From a virus, in IMG/VR virus record IMGVR_UViG_3300025133_000038, positions 1 to 64,000 of that record: DNA of 64,000 bases; one strand, written 5' to 3'. Every line of letters starts with the position of its first letter. Positions within the stretch are counted from its first letter, which is position 1. Under the pieces are notes generated by a model, which was given only the letters and a program-made list of their open reading frames with translations, had not been told where the DNA came from and made no database searches. The position numbers and the translations under genes are program-made. Shown piece after piece: positions 27,320-36,618 of this stretch.

Positions 27320-27598
27320 ATGTTAAAAAAACTATGGAACGATGAAATCGGCGGTATTATTTCAGCCGAGTATATTATGCTTAGCGGCATATTGGTGGCG
27401 GGGTTAGTGACTGGCTTGACAGGCGTTCGTACCGCTATGTTGAACGAGCTAGAGAATGTATCGAATGGGATTAGTTCCATCAATCAAAGCTACTATTATG
27501 ATGGTGTTGAGGGGCCTGGGGCAATGACTGCTGGTTCTTCCTACGAAGACACAAATAGTAATGAGAGATGTATTATTGTAGCTGAAATTAATGAGTGA
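27320..27598 (+). CDS. Flp family type IVb pilin (Planctomycete type)
   Basis: MLKKLWNDEIGG|IISAEY prepilin site with E+5, hydrophobic helix, EL..V..I..NQSY tail. Confidence 0.85.
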   Translation: MLKKLWNDEIGGIISAEYIMLSGILVAGLVTGLTGVRTAMLNELENVSNGISSINQSYYYDGVEGPGAMTAGSSYEDTNSNERCIIVAEINE

Positions 27599-28059
27599 TT
27601 TTGTAGTATACACATTTCCTGTAGGACGAGTACCCACAAGAAGTTGCACCTTGTGTTCTGATTGTGGGGGTGTCCTTTACTTTGATGAAGACCTTTATTG
27701 CAAGAATTGTGCTTTTCCAGAGAAGCTGAGGGAAGAGATTAGGGAGTTGTTGAATGACAAGAATGGGTAGTATCGGCTCAATAATGTATAGCTATTGTAA
27801 TAGCTGTAAGCATTGGTATAAGAGTGATGGTGGTTGTTCTAGGTGTGTTTACTTTTTGGAATTGAAAGAAGAGATTGGAAAGCTGTTAAATGGACATTAA
27901 GTTTGAGTATGATGACAATATTTTGGATACTATTAACAAAATCAATAAGGCCCTACATGAGCATAAGTTGCAAGTTGTCTTTATTGATGAGGAACGAGAT
28001 GATGGTATCATCGAAGGAAACATAGAAAAGAGAGAAGACATAGTCTTCGTATAAAGTAT

Positions 28060-28134
28060 GGGGGTGTAGCCCAACTGGAAAGAGGCATCACGCTTAGAAC
28101 GTGACCAGTGCAAGTTCGAGTCTTGTCACCCCTA
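28060..28134 (+). tRNA. tRNA-Leu(TAG) with short variable loop
   Basis: TCACG-CTTAGAA-CGTGA; 5-nt variable loop. Confidence 0.9.
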
Positions 28135-28138
28135 CTTG

Positions 28139-28211
28139 GCAGATATAGTATAATTTGGCAGTACCACGGTTTCGTACTCCGTAAGTTTCGGTTCGAGTCC
28201 GAATGTCTGCT
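28139..28211 (+). tRNA. tRNA-Thr(CGT)
   Basis: GCAGATA/TGTCTGC; loop TTCGTAC. Confidence 0.8.
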
Positions 28212-28227
28212 CTTACAAGGAATCCTT

Positions 28228-28599
28228 ATGAACGAAGATTATAAGATACCCGTTGAAGCTATGGTCAACGAGGAACTCCTATTAGAGGTAGCACTATTCG
28301 CTGCTACTACTAGAAGTAAAAATGTTAAGTTAGAAGGAGCAGAAGCCATAATAACTCGCTATGTTATGAACCAACTGCTCGATGAAATGACTGTTGATGA
28401 ATTGTTTTTAATGGACAAGCAAGTTATTGCAGATATGTGTAATGAGCTATTAGCAGATTATGCTATGACTAGCTTAGCTATGCTTGGATTACTAGATGCT
28501 GGTATTGATGAAAATGGTGATATTGAATATACGACAACTGAACTAGGGAAGGTTGTCAAAGAATACTCTGACAAACACCCGCTTAACGAGCAAGAGTAG
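28228..28599 (+). CDS. Hypothetical acidic protein
   Basis: AAGGA RBS. Confidence 0.75.
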   Translation: MNEDYKIPVEAMVNEELLLEVALFAATTRSKNVKLEGAEAIITRYVMNQLLDEMTVDELFLMDKQVIADMCNELLADYAMTSLAMLGLLDAGIDENGDIEYTTTELGKVVKEYSDKHPLNEQE

Positions 28600-28619
28600 T
28601 CTTGCAGGAGTAAGAGTTG

Positions 28620-28895
28620 ATGGTCTTGAAGTACGAAGATTACAAGGCTGGGGCTAAAGCCGCTAAAGTAGCCCATGAAAAGACTAGACTACAAAGAGTA
28701 AATGACACACAAGAGAAGATTGACGGCGTTTTGAAAAGACTGGGTAGATGTACCTTTAGTGTAGAACGCGAGATTGCTGAGGAAATCCACGATGCCTATA
28801 GGGTGGCGGGCTGGAAGGTTAGGGGCGAACACAGCTATGCTCCTGGCGACCAACTATTATTAGTTATAACACCAGTTGAGGACAAAAGAAGATGA
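28620..28895 (+). CDS. Hypothetical protein
   Basis: AGGAG RBS. Confidence 0.7.
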   Translation: MVLKYEDYKAGAKAAKVAHEKTRLQRVNDTQEKIDGVLKRLGRCTFSVEREIAEEIHDAYRVAGWKVRGEHSYAPGDQLLLVITPVEDKRR

Positions 28896-29187
28896 ATCAT
28901 ATTGGACCTACTATTGCGACCGTTGCTATTTGGGCTTCTGTAGCCATTTCAAGTATTTTTATTGGAGAGGCTGTTGTGGCGGTGTCTATATTCGCATTGT
29001 TCGCAACGATGACTATTTGGGGAGTAGCAACATGACAATGGCGTGTATATGTGGGGGAGTATTAGAGTGGACGGTGGTAATCGCCCTCATCACTATTATT
29101 TCTTCCCTGCTCGACAAATTTAGGATTAAACGCTTAAAATGTAGGTGTAAATGTAAGGATATTGGGGATATTTAAGTATCCCCTTGA

Positions 29188-29272
29188 TGTAGAGGGAGTA
29201 CGTTGGTGTACTGAGCGGACTGTTAATCCGTCGCCCGTTAAAAGGTCACAGGTTCGATTCCTGTCTCTACAG
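29188..29272 (+). tRNA. tRNA-Asn(GTT) with enlarged variable region
   Basis: TGTAGAG/CTCTACA; GCGGA-CTGTTAA-TCCGT; 16-nt variable region. Confidence 0.9.
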
Positions 29273-29299
29273 CTTTGTTAGATACAACTCTAAAGAAGT

Positions 29300-29310
29300 G
29301 GTGTATAATA
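29300..29310 (+). promoter_or_regulatory. GGTGTATAATA promoter without -35 (putative second/late class)
   Basis: Motif recurs near 23910, 41227, 47714 and 61707 ahead of transcription units. Confidence 0.55.
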
Positions 29311-29355
29311 TTTGTGTAATATTACGCCAAGTGAACTCTTTAGAGGACAAATAAA

Positions 29356-30093
29356 ATGAGGAAAACAGCTAAGATTGGGTTTTTCGCCCTATTAGCGGTG
29401 TTTATAACAGCACCTATCTTCGGGGCTATCACAGCGCCCGATAAGGTTGATGCTCATAAGCCGATTATTATTGAAGCATCTGATGGTGCTGACGTATACA
29501 TTTGGCATGTGCCTAAACCTGCAATCAGAATCGTAGTAGATGGCGGTCGCGGTCTACACGTATGGGCTCCTCCTGGTAAGTATGAGATTAGACTAACCAC
29601 CATTTCGGTTGATGTTCAAGTTGACCCTAATTGGAAGCCTGATGGTGAGAGTGTTCCAGACCTAAAGAAGAACATTCAATACGATGAGCATTTTGCTACT
29701 GTTGAAGTTGTTGGTTCTGGACCAGCTCCAAACCCTAACCCTAATCCAAATCCCAACCCTAATCCTGCTCCTTCTAATGCTTTCAAGCAAAACGTAGAAG
29801 CTGCACTAACTAAGGTTGATGCCGCTGGACTTACTTTTAAGAGTAAGGTTGCAGCTATTTATTCAAACATCGCTCAAGAGGCTGAAGCTCAGCCAGATGC
29901 TTGGGGCGTAGCAGATATGGTAAACCAAGCTAAGGTTCGCGTAACTGCAAAACTACCGAGTACTGCACTTAAGTCATGGTCAGGATTCTGGCCTGGGCTT
30001 GGTAAGTCATTTAAAGAACTAGGTTTAGATTCTACTGACCTCGATGGTCATATCGACGCCTTTAAACAAGTAGTAGAAGTTCTGGAGAACTAA
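29356..30093 (+). CDS. Secreted/virion protein with (PN)n linker
   Basis: Signal peptide; beta-rich domain; PNPNPNPNP linker; helical C-terminal domain. Confidence 0.8.
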   Translation: MRKTAKIGFFALLAVFITAPIFGAITAPDKVDAHKPIIIEASDGADVYIWHVPKPAIRIVVDGGRGLHVWAPPGKYEIRLTTISVDVQVDPNWKPDGESVPDLKKNIQYDEHFATVEVVGSGPAPNPNPNPNPNPNPAPSNAFKQNVEAALTKVDAAGLTFKSKVAAIYSNIAQEAEAQPDAWGVADMVNQAKVRVTAKLPSTALKSWSGFWPGLGKSFKELGLDSTDLDGHIDAFKQVVEVLEN

Positions 30094-30097
30094 TAAT

Positions 30098-30448
30098 ATG
30101 AGTATTGAAAAGTTCGCAGAGGAAGTCTGCGATACCTGTAACACAGAGAACTATGGTTCCATTACTGGAATTATGGCAATTATCGAAGTAATCATGGAGC
30201 TAATCCAAGGTTGTCAAGAAAACAGAAATACCTTTGTTCAGTCAGCAGCTAACCCTACTCGACTACAACAGGTTGGTCTAAGGATTCATGTTCGTAGAAC
30301 AATGGGTGTTCGTGGTCGTAAGAATGTTAAACGAGCAGCTCAGGCTATGATTGATAAAGCCGCAACAATGGATGAAGCAGCATTGGGTGCTATTCACGAC
30401 GAAGGTGTGGCAGCAATGAATCCAGCCGTTGATTACGACTTCGGATAA
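30098..30448 (+). CDS. Hypothetical protein
   Basis: In operon with peptidase. Confidence 0.8.
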   Translation: MSIEKFAEEVCDTCNTENYGSITGIMAIIEVIMELIQGCQENRNTFVQSAANPTRLQQVGLRIHVRRTMGVRGRKNVKRAAQAMIDKAATMDEAALGAIHDEGVAAMNPAVDYDFG

Positions 30449-30451
30449 ATC

Positions 30452-31429
30452 ATGCCAGTTTTTGATTATGACTTTACCCCGACTCCTAAACAGTTAACAG
30501 AGATTTACGACGGTGGTTTTAAGGGCGTTATCCATGATGCTGCATCTTATGCGGCATTAAGGACTGTTGCCCCTCGCTTCTATGATGTCTTTCCAGGCGC
30601 CAAGGGAGCAGGTAAGGGAAGAGTATCTCTTCCTTATAAGGCAGCTTTGACGCTTGACCCTGAATTTGGGGGCTATGAGAGCCAAACCACTGGTGACTGT
30701 GTTAGTCATTCCACGCGAAATGCTGGTATGATGGATTACTGTATTGATGCGATGTTCGGAGAAACAGAGTTCAAGGGACGCTTAGCCACAGAAAACATCT
30801 ATGGTTATCGTGGACATGGTGGGCAGGGAGCCAACTGTTCTCGTTTAGCACTGTATGTATCACAAGAAGGTCCAGGTGGATTCTTAGTAAGAGCAAAATA
30901 TGATGATGGCGGGAGAAATTCCGTTGACCTAAGCCGCTATAATAGCCGCACTGGTCACAACTGGGGTCGCCCAGGAACACCAAGTTGGCTTAATAAGATT
31001 GCGGCTAAGAACAAGGCTTTTAGCGTATTCTCGGTTAAGTCTTCTGACGAAGCAAGAGATGCGATAGCTTCTGGCTACGGCATCTCAATGTGTTCTGGAT
31101 ATGGCTTCAGGTCGAATAGAAATGAAGATGGCCTATGTGAACGCTCAGGTGGATGGAATCATGCTATGGCGTGGGTTGGTGTCGATGATACCGATTGGGC
31201 ACATCAAAAGTATGGTGGACCCCTATTTATGATTCAGAACTCTTGGGGTGAATGGAATAGTGGACCAAAAAGGCATGAACAGCCTGATGGCTCATTCTTC
31301 GTTCGACCTAAGATTTCATCTGCTATGATTAACGGTGGAGGTGGATATGTTATCTCCTCTGTGAGGGGTTACAATAGGGAGTTGACATATGATGTTACCT
31401 CTCAAGTCCTCGAATTGAGCAAGGCTTAA
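30452..31429 (+). CDS. Papain-like (C1) cysteine peptidase
   Basis: QTTGDCVS (Q/C), HAM (H), QNSWG (N) catalytic motifs. Confidence 0.85.
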   Translation: MPVFDYDFTPTPKQLTEIYDGGFKGVIHDAASYAALRTVAPRFYDVFPGAKGAGKGRVSLPYKAALTLDPEFGGYESQTTGDCVSHSTRNAGMMDYCIDAMFGETEFKGRLATENIYGYRGHGGQGANCSRLALYVSQEGPGGFLVRAKYDDGGRNSVDLSRYNSRTGHNWGRPGTPSWLNKIAAKNKAFSVFSVKSSDEARDAIASGYGISMCSGYGFRSNRNEDGLCERSGGWNHAMAWVGVDDTDWAHQKYGGPLFMIQNSWGEWNSGPKRHEQPDGSFFVRPKISSAMINGGGGYVISSVRGYNRELTYDVTSQVLELSKA

Positions 31430-31431
31430 AA

Positions 31432-31659
31432 ATGAAAAAGACCATTACTACATTAGCGTTTTTACTAGCTGTTGGCTTATCCTACGATATGTCACCTGTG
31501 TCATATAATATGGCTCCATCGGCTAATTACGATTTTGAGCCAGTAATAGTTGAAGAAGTCGAAGAAGTCAAGCCTGAACCAAAGGCTCCTGAAGTCCCCA
31601 AAAAGGCCACTGTTAAGACCACACAGAGCCGCCGAGGGTGGTTTAGGCGTAGGAGGTAG
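31432..31659 (+). CDS. Small exported protein with basic C-terminus
   Basis: Signal peptide; RRGWFRRRR end. Confidence 0.7.
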   Translation: MKKTITTLAFLLAVGLSYDMSPVSYNMAPSANYDFEPVIVEEVEEVKPEPKAPEVPKKATVKTTQSRRGWFRRRR

Positions 31660-31677
31660 ACAAATCCTTGAATCAAA

Positions 31678-31710
31678 GGGAGTCGCCTCACAGCGGCTCT
31701 CTTTTTTTTT
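31678..31710 (+). terminator. Rho-independent terminator
   Basis: GGGAGTCGC/GCGGCTCTC hairpin plus T9. Confidence 0.85.
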
Positions 31711-31730
31711 GGATTTATTTTCCACAGGGC

Positions 31731-31758
31731 TTGACATTTTGTATTTTAGGTGTAAGAT
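31731..31758 (+). promoter_or_regulatory. sigma70-like promoter
   Basis: TTGACA-N16-TAAGAT. Confidence 0.75.
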
Positions 31759-31771
31759 AATCAAAGACAAG

Positions 31772-31845
31772 CGGGAAGTGGCGAAGTTTGGCATCGCACT
31801 TGGTTTGGGACCAAGGGACCGCAGGTTCGAATCCTGTCTTTCCGA
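31772..31845 (+). tRNA. tRNA-Pro(TGG), canonical
   Basis: CTTGG-TTTGGGA-CCAAG. Confidence 0.95.
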
Positions 31846-31877
31846 CTTAATAAACTAGGACAATAAAGGAACAAGAA

Positions 31878-32240
31878 ATGGCAGATAAGAAGCAGGAAGT
31901 ACCAGTAGTACTGGTTACGATAACATCAGGTCAAACAATCGTTTGTCGAGCAAGAGCTATTACTGGTGGTGAGAGTAAACCCGTCAAGAGTATTGATTTG
32001 AATGCTACTCACTACAAGCTAGCTAATCCAGCGTTTATCGCTCAGGCTGGTGATGGTGGTTTGGGACTTGAGGCATGGCCCATGTTCTCGACTGAAGACC
32101 TTGAGGAAGTTGTTGTTAAGACACAAGATGTGATTTGTATTGTGGAAGCACACTCATCACTAAGTAAAGGCTATAAGGCTTTTGCAGATGAAGAGACGGT
32201 TATCACTCCTAAGAAACCTGGATTGATATTACCTAAGTAG
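31878..32240 (+). CDS. Hypothetical protein
   Basis: AAGGA RBS. Confidence 0.8.
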   Translation: MADKKQEVPVVLVTITSGQTIVCRARAITGGESKPVKSIDLNATHYKLANPAFIAQAGDGGLGLEAWPMFSTEDLEEVVVKTQDVICIVEAHSSLSKGYKAFADEETVITPKKPGLILPK

Positions 32241-32256
32241 GCTAACGCCTACGTTT

Positions 32257-32328
32257 GGCCCATTCGTCTACTGGAAGGACTGTTAGTTTTTCAAGCTAGC
32301 AACGAGAGTTCGAATCTCTCATGGGCTA
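32257..32328 (+). tRNA. tRNA-Glu(TTC)
   Basis: TTAGT-TTTTCAA-GCTAG. Confidence 0.9.
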
Positions 32329-32332
32329 CTAT

Positions 32333-32409
32333 GGCGGTGTTGAGGTTGTTGGCAGCCTTGCCTGGTTTTCACCCAGGAGATAGCGTGGGTTCGATTCCCA
32401 TCATCGTCA
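32333..32409 (+). tRNA. tRNA-Glu(TTC), second divergent copy
   Basis: CCTGG-TTTTCAC-CCAGG. Confidence 0.85.
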
Positions 32410-32585
32410 CTAAGGAGATATGATTATGTATGTTGATGAAAGGTATTGCGAACACTGTCAAGAGAATACTATGCAAAAGTGTGTTGACAGTGAACATGAA
32501 AGAGATAGTTCAGCAGACTGGGAGAAGTGCCTAACTTGTGGTTGGGAGTATCACGGTATGACTGGAAAAAGAGAATATTATGATT

Positions 32586-32656
32586 GGTCCTCGCGCTGAG
32601 GTTCAGCGAGTATCCCTGATAAGGACACTGGCAGGTTTCAATTACCTGGGGGACTA
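32586..32656 (+). tRNA. tRNA-Ile(GAT), atypical
   Basis: GGTCCTC/GGGGACT; loop CTGATAA; CAGGT-TTCAATT-ACCTG. Confidence 0.75.
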
Positions 32657-32831
32657 CTTTGATTACGAGGAGTGGTTGAGAGAGGCGACGGCGAACGAAA
32701 AGCATACCGAAAGGTGGAGGCCGTGTGTAGTAATCAATAATATTGGATTCAAAGTAAGCTAAGTAGTATAACTAAGTAAGAAAGTATGTATCAGTCTAAT
32801 TTACTGTTACTTTTCTTACAAGGAGAATGCT

Positions 32832-33140
32832 ATGAAGGTTTACAATGTTGGTGGTGATTGTTTAGAAGGTGGGTGGGAGTGGGACCATGTTGTTGCTGAA
32901 AAGTATGACTGGTTTGTATATTCATACAGTGACAATGGGTATGATGGAGATGGAGAAGCAGTAGGTTACAGGGATGGAATCCTATACTTCTACAATCTAT
33001 GTCATTGTTCTTGTTACGGTCCACTAGACGGTGGTGGGTCTGCTACTTCGGTAGAAGACTGGAAGACCAGCGTTGACATCCATGATGTGGATACTCGTGA
33101 TGGAGACATCCGAGCGAAGCTGATTGAGTTGCTAAGCTAA
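32832..33140 (+). CDS. Conserved phage hypothetical protein
   Basis: GYDGDG..HCSCYGP motif; AAGGAG RBS. Confidence 0.8.
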   Translation: MKVYNVGGDCLEGGWEWDHVVAEKYDWFVYSYSDNGYDGDGEAVGYRDGILYFYNLCHCSCYGPLDGGGSATSVEDWKTSVDIHDVDTRDGDIRAKLIELLS

Positions 33141-33184
33141 CACTATGAGGCCCCACTGAGCCAGCCTGGCAAATCAGTGAACAT

Positions 33185-33253
33185 GGGGGTACTTCATGGG
33201 TGAGCGCTGACTTTTGCAAAGTCGGACGGCGGGTTCGATTCCCGATACCTCCA
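33185..33253 (+). tRNA. tRNA-Ala(TGC), short D arm
   Basis: GGGGGTA/TACCTCC with G3.U70; loop TTTGCAA. Confidence 0.85.
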
Positions 33254-33268
33254 CTAAAGGAGATTAAT

Positions 33269-33544
33269 ATGAGCGAAGTACTTATACTTCAGTATATTGA
33301 ATACGTTGACGATGTAGAAGAACGAAATGAAATCATTGGGGTTTACTCTGATTTTGAAAAGGTTCAAGACGCCATTGTCTCAACTGTTGGAGAGGGACAG
33401 TATTCTCTATATAGAATGAGAGCTATGGAGTGGGACGAAGATGGTAATAGGGTGGCAGAGTTTGTTAAGGCAGATAGAAGAGTCTGTAAAGTGTTTTGGG
33501 CATCCGAAATGAAGATAGACCAGAAACCGAGTATAAAAATATGA
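33269..33544 (+). CDS. Hypothetical protein
   Basis: AAGGAG RBS. Confidence 0.7.
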   Translation: MSEVLILQYIEYVDDVEERNEIIGVYSDFEKVQDAIVSTVGEGQYSLYRMRAMEWDEDGNRVAEFVKADRRVCKVFWASEMKIDQKPSIKI

Positions 33545-33756
33545 GCGAGCAAGAAGATTGGGAAATTCCCACTGAGGTAGCAGCAGAGTGCTGGGAGGCT
33601 GGAGCATCAATGCAAAAGTCTTTTGAAGCGAGTCCTTTGCTAAATGCTGAGGGTAAAGAGAAGTTGAAGGAAGAGATTCGTAAAACCATTGAGATGTTTG
33701 GGAGCCATGCTCCTGTGAGACTATCTCATTGGATTGACTACTTGAATGGAGTTTAA
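33541..33756 (+). CDS. Hypothetical protein
   Basis: ATGA coupling. Confidence 0.7.
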   Translation: MSEQEDWEIPTEVAAECWEAGASMQKSFEASPLLNAEGKEKLKEEIRKTIEMFGSHAPVRLSHWIDYLNGV

Positions 33757-33761
33757 GATAT

Positions 33762-33831
33762 AGGTCGCTCCTCCTGGGAGAGGCTTTCGGTTCCAACCCG
33801 AAAAGACGGGGTTCGACTCCTCGGCGGCCTG
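33762..33831 (+). tRNA. tRNA-Trp(CCA), short D arm
   Basis: AGGTCGC/GCGGCCT; TTCGG-TTCCAAC-CCGAA. Confidence 0.85.
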
Positions 33832-33927
33832 CTTTGCCTCGCGCGGCAATTGTCCTAAGTAAGACACTAAACTACTAGGTGAAGACCAATACCTGTCGAG
33901 AGTAATTAACTCGACGAAGAGATAACC

Positions 33928-33999
33928 TATACTATAGTGTAATTGGAAACATACTTGGTGGAGAACCAGGAGATGCCAGTTCGAGTCAGGCTAGTAAAG
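33928..33999 (+). tRNA. Degenerate tRNA (nominal Leu GAG, G33), possible pseudogene
   Basis: D and T arms present; mismatches in acceptor and T stems; loop TGGAGAA. Confidence 0.5.
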
Positions 34000-34014
34000 T
34001 TTCTCAGGTCTTAT

Positions 34015-34088
34015 GGGTTGCAGGTGTTATTGGTAGCATTCCAGACTCTTAATCTGAGAGGTCGCGGGTTCGAATCCCCGGCAACCCA
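34015..34088 (+). tRNA. tRNA-Lys(CTT)
   Basis: GGGTTGC/GCAACCC; loop CTCTTAA. Confidence 0.9.
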
Positions 34089-34482
34089 CTTACTTTAATT
34101 AAAGGAAAAATTATGTATTGGTTACTAAATCTATTGATGCCTGTTTGTGGAGAATGTAGGTCTTTGAAGATGGTTGATATTTCGCCTACTTCGGAGTTTA
34201 GGAAGTTCTTCCTTTGTAAGAGTTGTGGCAGTACTAAGAACTATAGGGCAAGATAATGAGCGGATGGGATAAATACGATTTTGCTATGGATAAATTCCAT
34301 CTTTGGATGTTAGAAGAATTTTGCGATATTTTGCTTGAAGAGCATATAGATGAAATCGCCCTAAAGGCAGTTAAGATATTTAGAGAAGAATGTGAACTTC
34401 AAAATAAGGAGACTATTGAGCCGAAACGCTAGGTGAATGCCCACCAAGGTCGGAGCGTAATAATATAAAAACTGACAAACAT

Positions 34483-34553
34483 GCGTGTGTCGTATAATGG
34501 TATTACCTAAGGTTTCCAACCTTATGACGGGAGTTCGATTCTCCCCACACGCT
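34483..34553 (+). tRNA. tRNA-Gly(TCC)
   Basis: TAAGG-TTTCCAA-CCTTA. Confidence 0.95.
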
Positions 34554-34554
34554 C

Positions 34555-34657
34555 TTGAAGTAGTATGGGACCGTAAGGCCATACCTCATCGCCCCTCATC
34601 TAATAGGTGATACATGTGTCGATAAGCCGGATATGGGTATAGCGTAAGATACTTCAA
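34555..34657 (+). ncRNA. Multi-branched structured RNA between tRNAs
   Basis: TTGAAGTA/TACTTCAA closing stem with three internal hairpins. Confidence 0.5.
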
Positions 34658-34661
34658 ACCA

Positions 34662-34733
34662 GGGCCATTATTTCAATGGTTAGAATATCTGCTTGACGTG
34701 CAGATGATAAAGGTTCGATTCCTTTATGGCCCA
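34662..34733 (+). tRNA. tRNA-Val(GAC)
   Basis: TCTGC-TTGACGT-GCAGA. Confidence 0.95.
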
Positions 34734-34737
34734 CTAT

Positions 34738-34809
34738 AGCTTCCTAGTGTAATGGATAGCACGCAAGTTTCCTAAACTTTTAGTAGGAGTTCGAATCTCC
34801 TGGGAGCTA
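34738..34809 (+). tRNA. tRNA-Arg(CCT)
   Basis: Loop TTCCTAA; AGCTTCC/GGGAGCT. Confidence 0.9.
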
Positions 34810-34977
34810 CTTGATGGCAACCTATGTATGTAGTAAGTGTGGAGCTTCTTTTGAGTCAAAAGCAAAGAAGCAACCAAAATGTGTTTTATGTAAGGCTTGT
34901 AAGCCTAGATTAGAAAAAGGTAAGAAACCACCTAAAAAACCTGGCGGTGGCTGACGTTAACATAAGGAGTCACGGTC

Positions 34978-35232
34978 GTGGCTAAAGCTAAAGTAAAATA
35001 CAGACAGTGTACGTTAGAGTTAACGGTTGACCAAGGAACAGTAGTTAAAGATGTTGCCTGGATACCCTCTAAGTATGCAAAATTGAACGGATTCGTAAAA
35101 ATCCAAAAGAATGGGGTTTGGGTCAATGGATGGAAGGTTACTGGTGTCGGCTCACATGAAATCGACGAAGTTCCCGATATTAACAAGCAAATTCGCGGTC
35201 ATAGAAAAAACACTGGAGATTCGCTACGATGA
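34978..35232 (+). CDS. Hypothetical protein
   Basis: AAGGAG RBS with GTG start. Confidence 0.75.
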   Translation: MAKAKVKYRQCTLELTVDQGTVVKDVAWIPSKYAKLNGFVKIQKNGVWVNGWKVTGVGSHEIDEVPDINKQIRGHRKNTGDSLR

Positions 35233-35675
35233 GTAAAGATTCTAAGATTGATTTTATTAGAAAGCTGTCTGAGTCTAAAATAGCAAAAACAAAAGTTGAT
35301 GCAGCGAAAGGGTGGGTTGTTAGAAGGGGCGAATTAGCAAAGAAGTGGTTTATCGACCAAGCTAAGAAGGCGAAAACGGCGTGGACTACTGTGGTGGCGG
35401 TTGCTGCCCTATTAGGGTATAATCTTAGTATTACGCCTATTGAGGAACCAGTGATTGTGGAGCCCGCGAAGCCCTCTGCTGTCATTAATAAAGAGGTTGA
35501 GGAGATAGTTGAGTTGGTTGAGGAGATTAAGGAAGAGGTGAAGCCAGAAGTGCAAGAACCAGAAATTAAGCCTGAAACCAAAGCTGTCCGAATCAAGGAT
35601 GGCGGCACAACGGTCATTATCAACGGAAAAGAGTACCAAAATGGACAAGTCGAAAAAGACGAAGCAGACTACTAA
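35229..35675 (+). CDS. Single-pass membrane protein
   Basis: TM segment and E/P-rich linker. Confidence 0.75.
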   Translation: MSKDSKIDFIRKLSESKIAKTKVDAAKGWVVRRGELAKKWFIDQAKKAKTAWTTVVAVAALLGYNLSITPIEEPVIVEPAKPSAVINKEVEEIVELVEEIKEEVKPEVQEPEIKPETKAVRIKDGGTTVIINGKEYQNGQVEKDEADY

Positions 35676-35685
35676 GTAGTCAAAT

Positions 35686-35757
35686 GCGCCTGTCGTATAG
35701 TGGTTATTATGGAACATTGCCAATGTTCAGACAGCAGTTCGATTCTGCTCAGGCGCA
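35686..35757 (+). tRNA. tRNA-Gly(GCC)
   Basis: GAACA-TTGCCAA-TGTTC. Confidence 0.95.
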
Positions 35758-35759
35758 CT

Positions 35760-36455
35760 ATGAAGACAATAGCTATAACACTACACAAGAGAGCTGATTA
35801 CACTAAACAGGTATTAGACGCCCTCTCCTCTTGCGAGGGAATTGAAGACTATCATGTCATTATGTCTATAGACGGATATGACGCAGATGTGACTAATGAG
35901 GCAAATGCCTTTTCTTCCTGCAAGACTAAAGAAGTGTTAAATCACGAGATTTACGGATGTAGCCTAAATACCTACTTTGTGCTAGATAGGGCATTTTCCA
36001 AATCGGACTATGTTATCCATATTGAGGATGACACTGTTCCTTCGGTTGATGCTCTCCGTTACTTTGAGTGGGGCTATCAGCATATGCTGAATAGGGAGAT
36101 ATTCTCCATAGGTGGATATAACAGAGAAGGTACTATTGACAGTTCTGCCTCTGAGCTAAATACAGCAGAGGGTTTTATCTGTTGGGGTTGGGCGACTTGG
36201 AAGAATAGATGGGAGTGGGTAAAGTTTAACCTAAACCACTATCCAGACCTTTCATGGGCTGTTCGAGTTAATCATACTGTAAATACTAAGAGGATGAAAC
36301 ATATTTTCCCTGATGTTTCACGAATACAGAATGTTGGTGCCAGAAACGGCGTTCACATAACTGAAGAAGAACATGCTGATATTCATCACGTTAAACATTG
36401 GATGGGTGATAGAAAGCCATATTTTGGGGACTATTTACTTAAAAGTGGTCACTAA
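35760..36455 (+). CDS. GT-A fold glycosyltransferase
   Basis: SIDG, IEDD, CWGWATWKNRW, PDVSRIQNVG motifs. Confidence 0.85.
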   Translation: MKTIAITLHKRADYTKQVLDALSSCEGIEDYHVIMSIDGYDADVTNEANAFSSCKTKEVLNHEIYGCSLNTYFVLDRAFSKSDYVIHIEDDTVPSVDALRYFEWGYQHMLNREIFSIGGYNREGTIDSSASELNTAEGFICWGWATWKNRWEWVKFNLNHYPDLSWAVRVNHTVNTKRMKHIFPDVSRIQNVGARNGVHITEEEHADIHHVKHWMGDRKPYFGDYLLKSGH

Positions 36456-36550
36456 CTCTGAAATGTCCGAAAAATTTTTGCCCTTTTAGTGATTTTACCT
36501 AAAAGTGGTCGGTAGCTTCTGAAAGTCCCGAAAAAATTTTCACCTCTTAG
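36434..36550. repeat. Imperfect 60-bp tandem duplication of promoter-upstream sequence
   Basis: TTTACYTAAAAGTGGTC...CTGAAA..CCGAAAAATTTT at 36434 and 36494. Confidence 0.8.
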
Positions 36551-36552
36551 GG

Positions 36553-36580
36553 TTGACAGGACGAGATTTTCCTCTATAAT
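36553..36580 (+). promoter_or_regulatory. sigma70-like promoter
   Basis: TTGACA-N16-TATAAT. Confidence 0.85.
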
Positions 36581-36618
36581 GGGGGAATGGGAAACGAGAA
36601 CCTTTAAGGATTTTATTA

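Noticed and set aside
29728-29766. DNA-level microsatellite
   Set aside because: Synonymous variation shows it is a protein (PN)n linker
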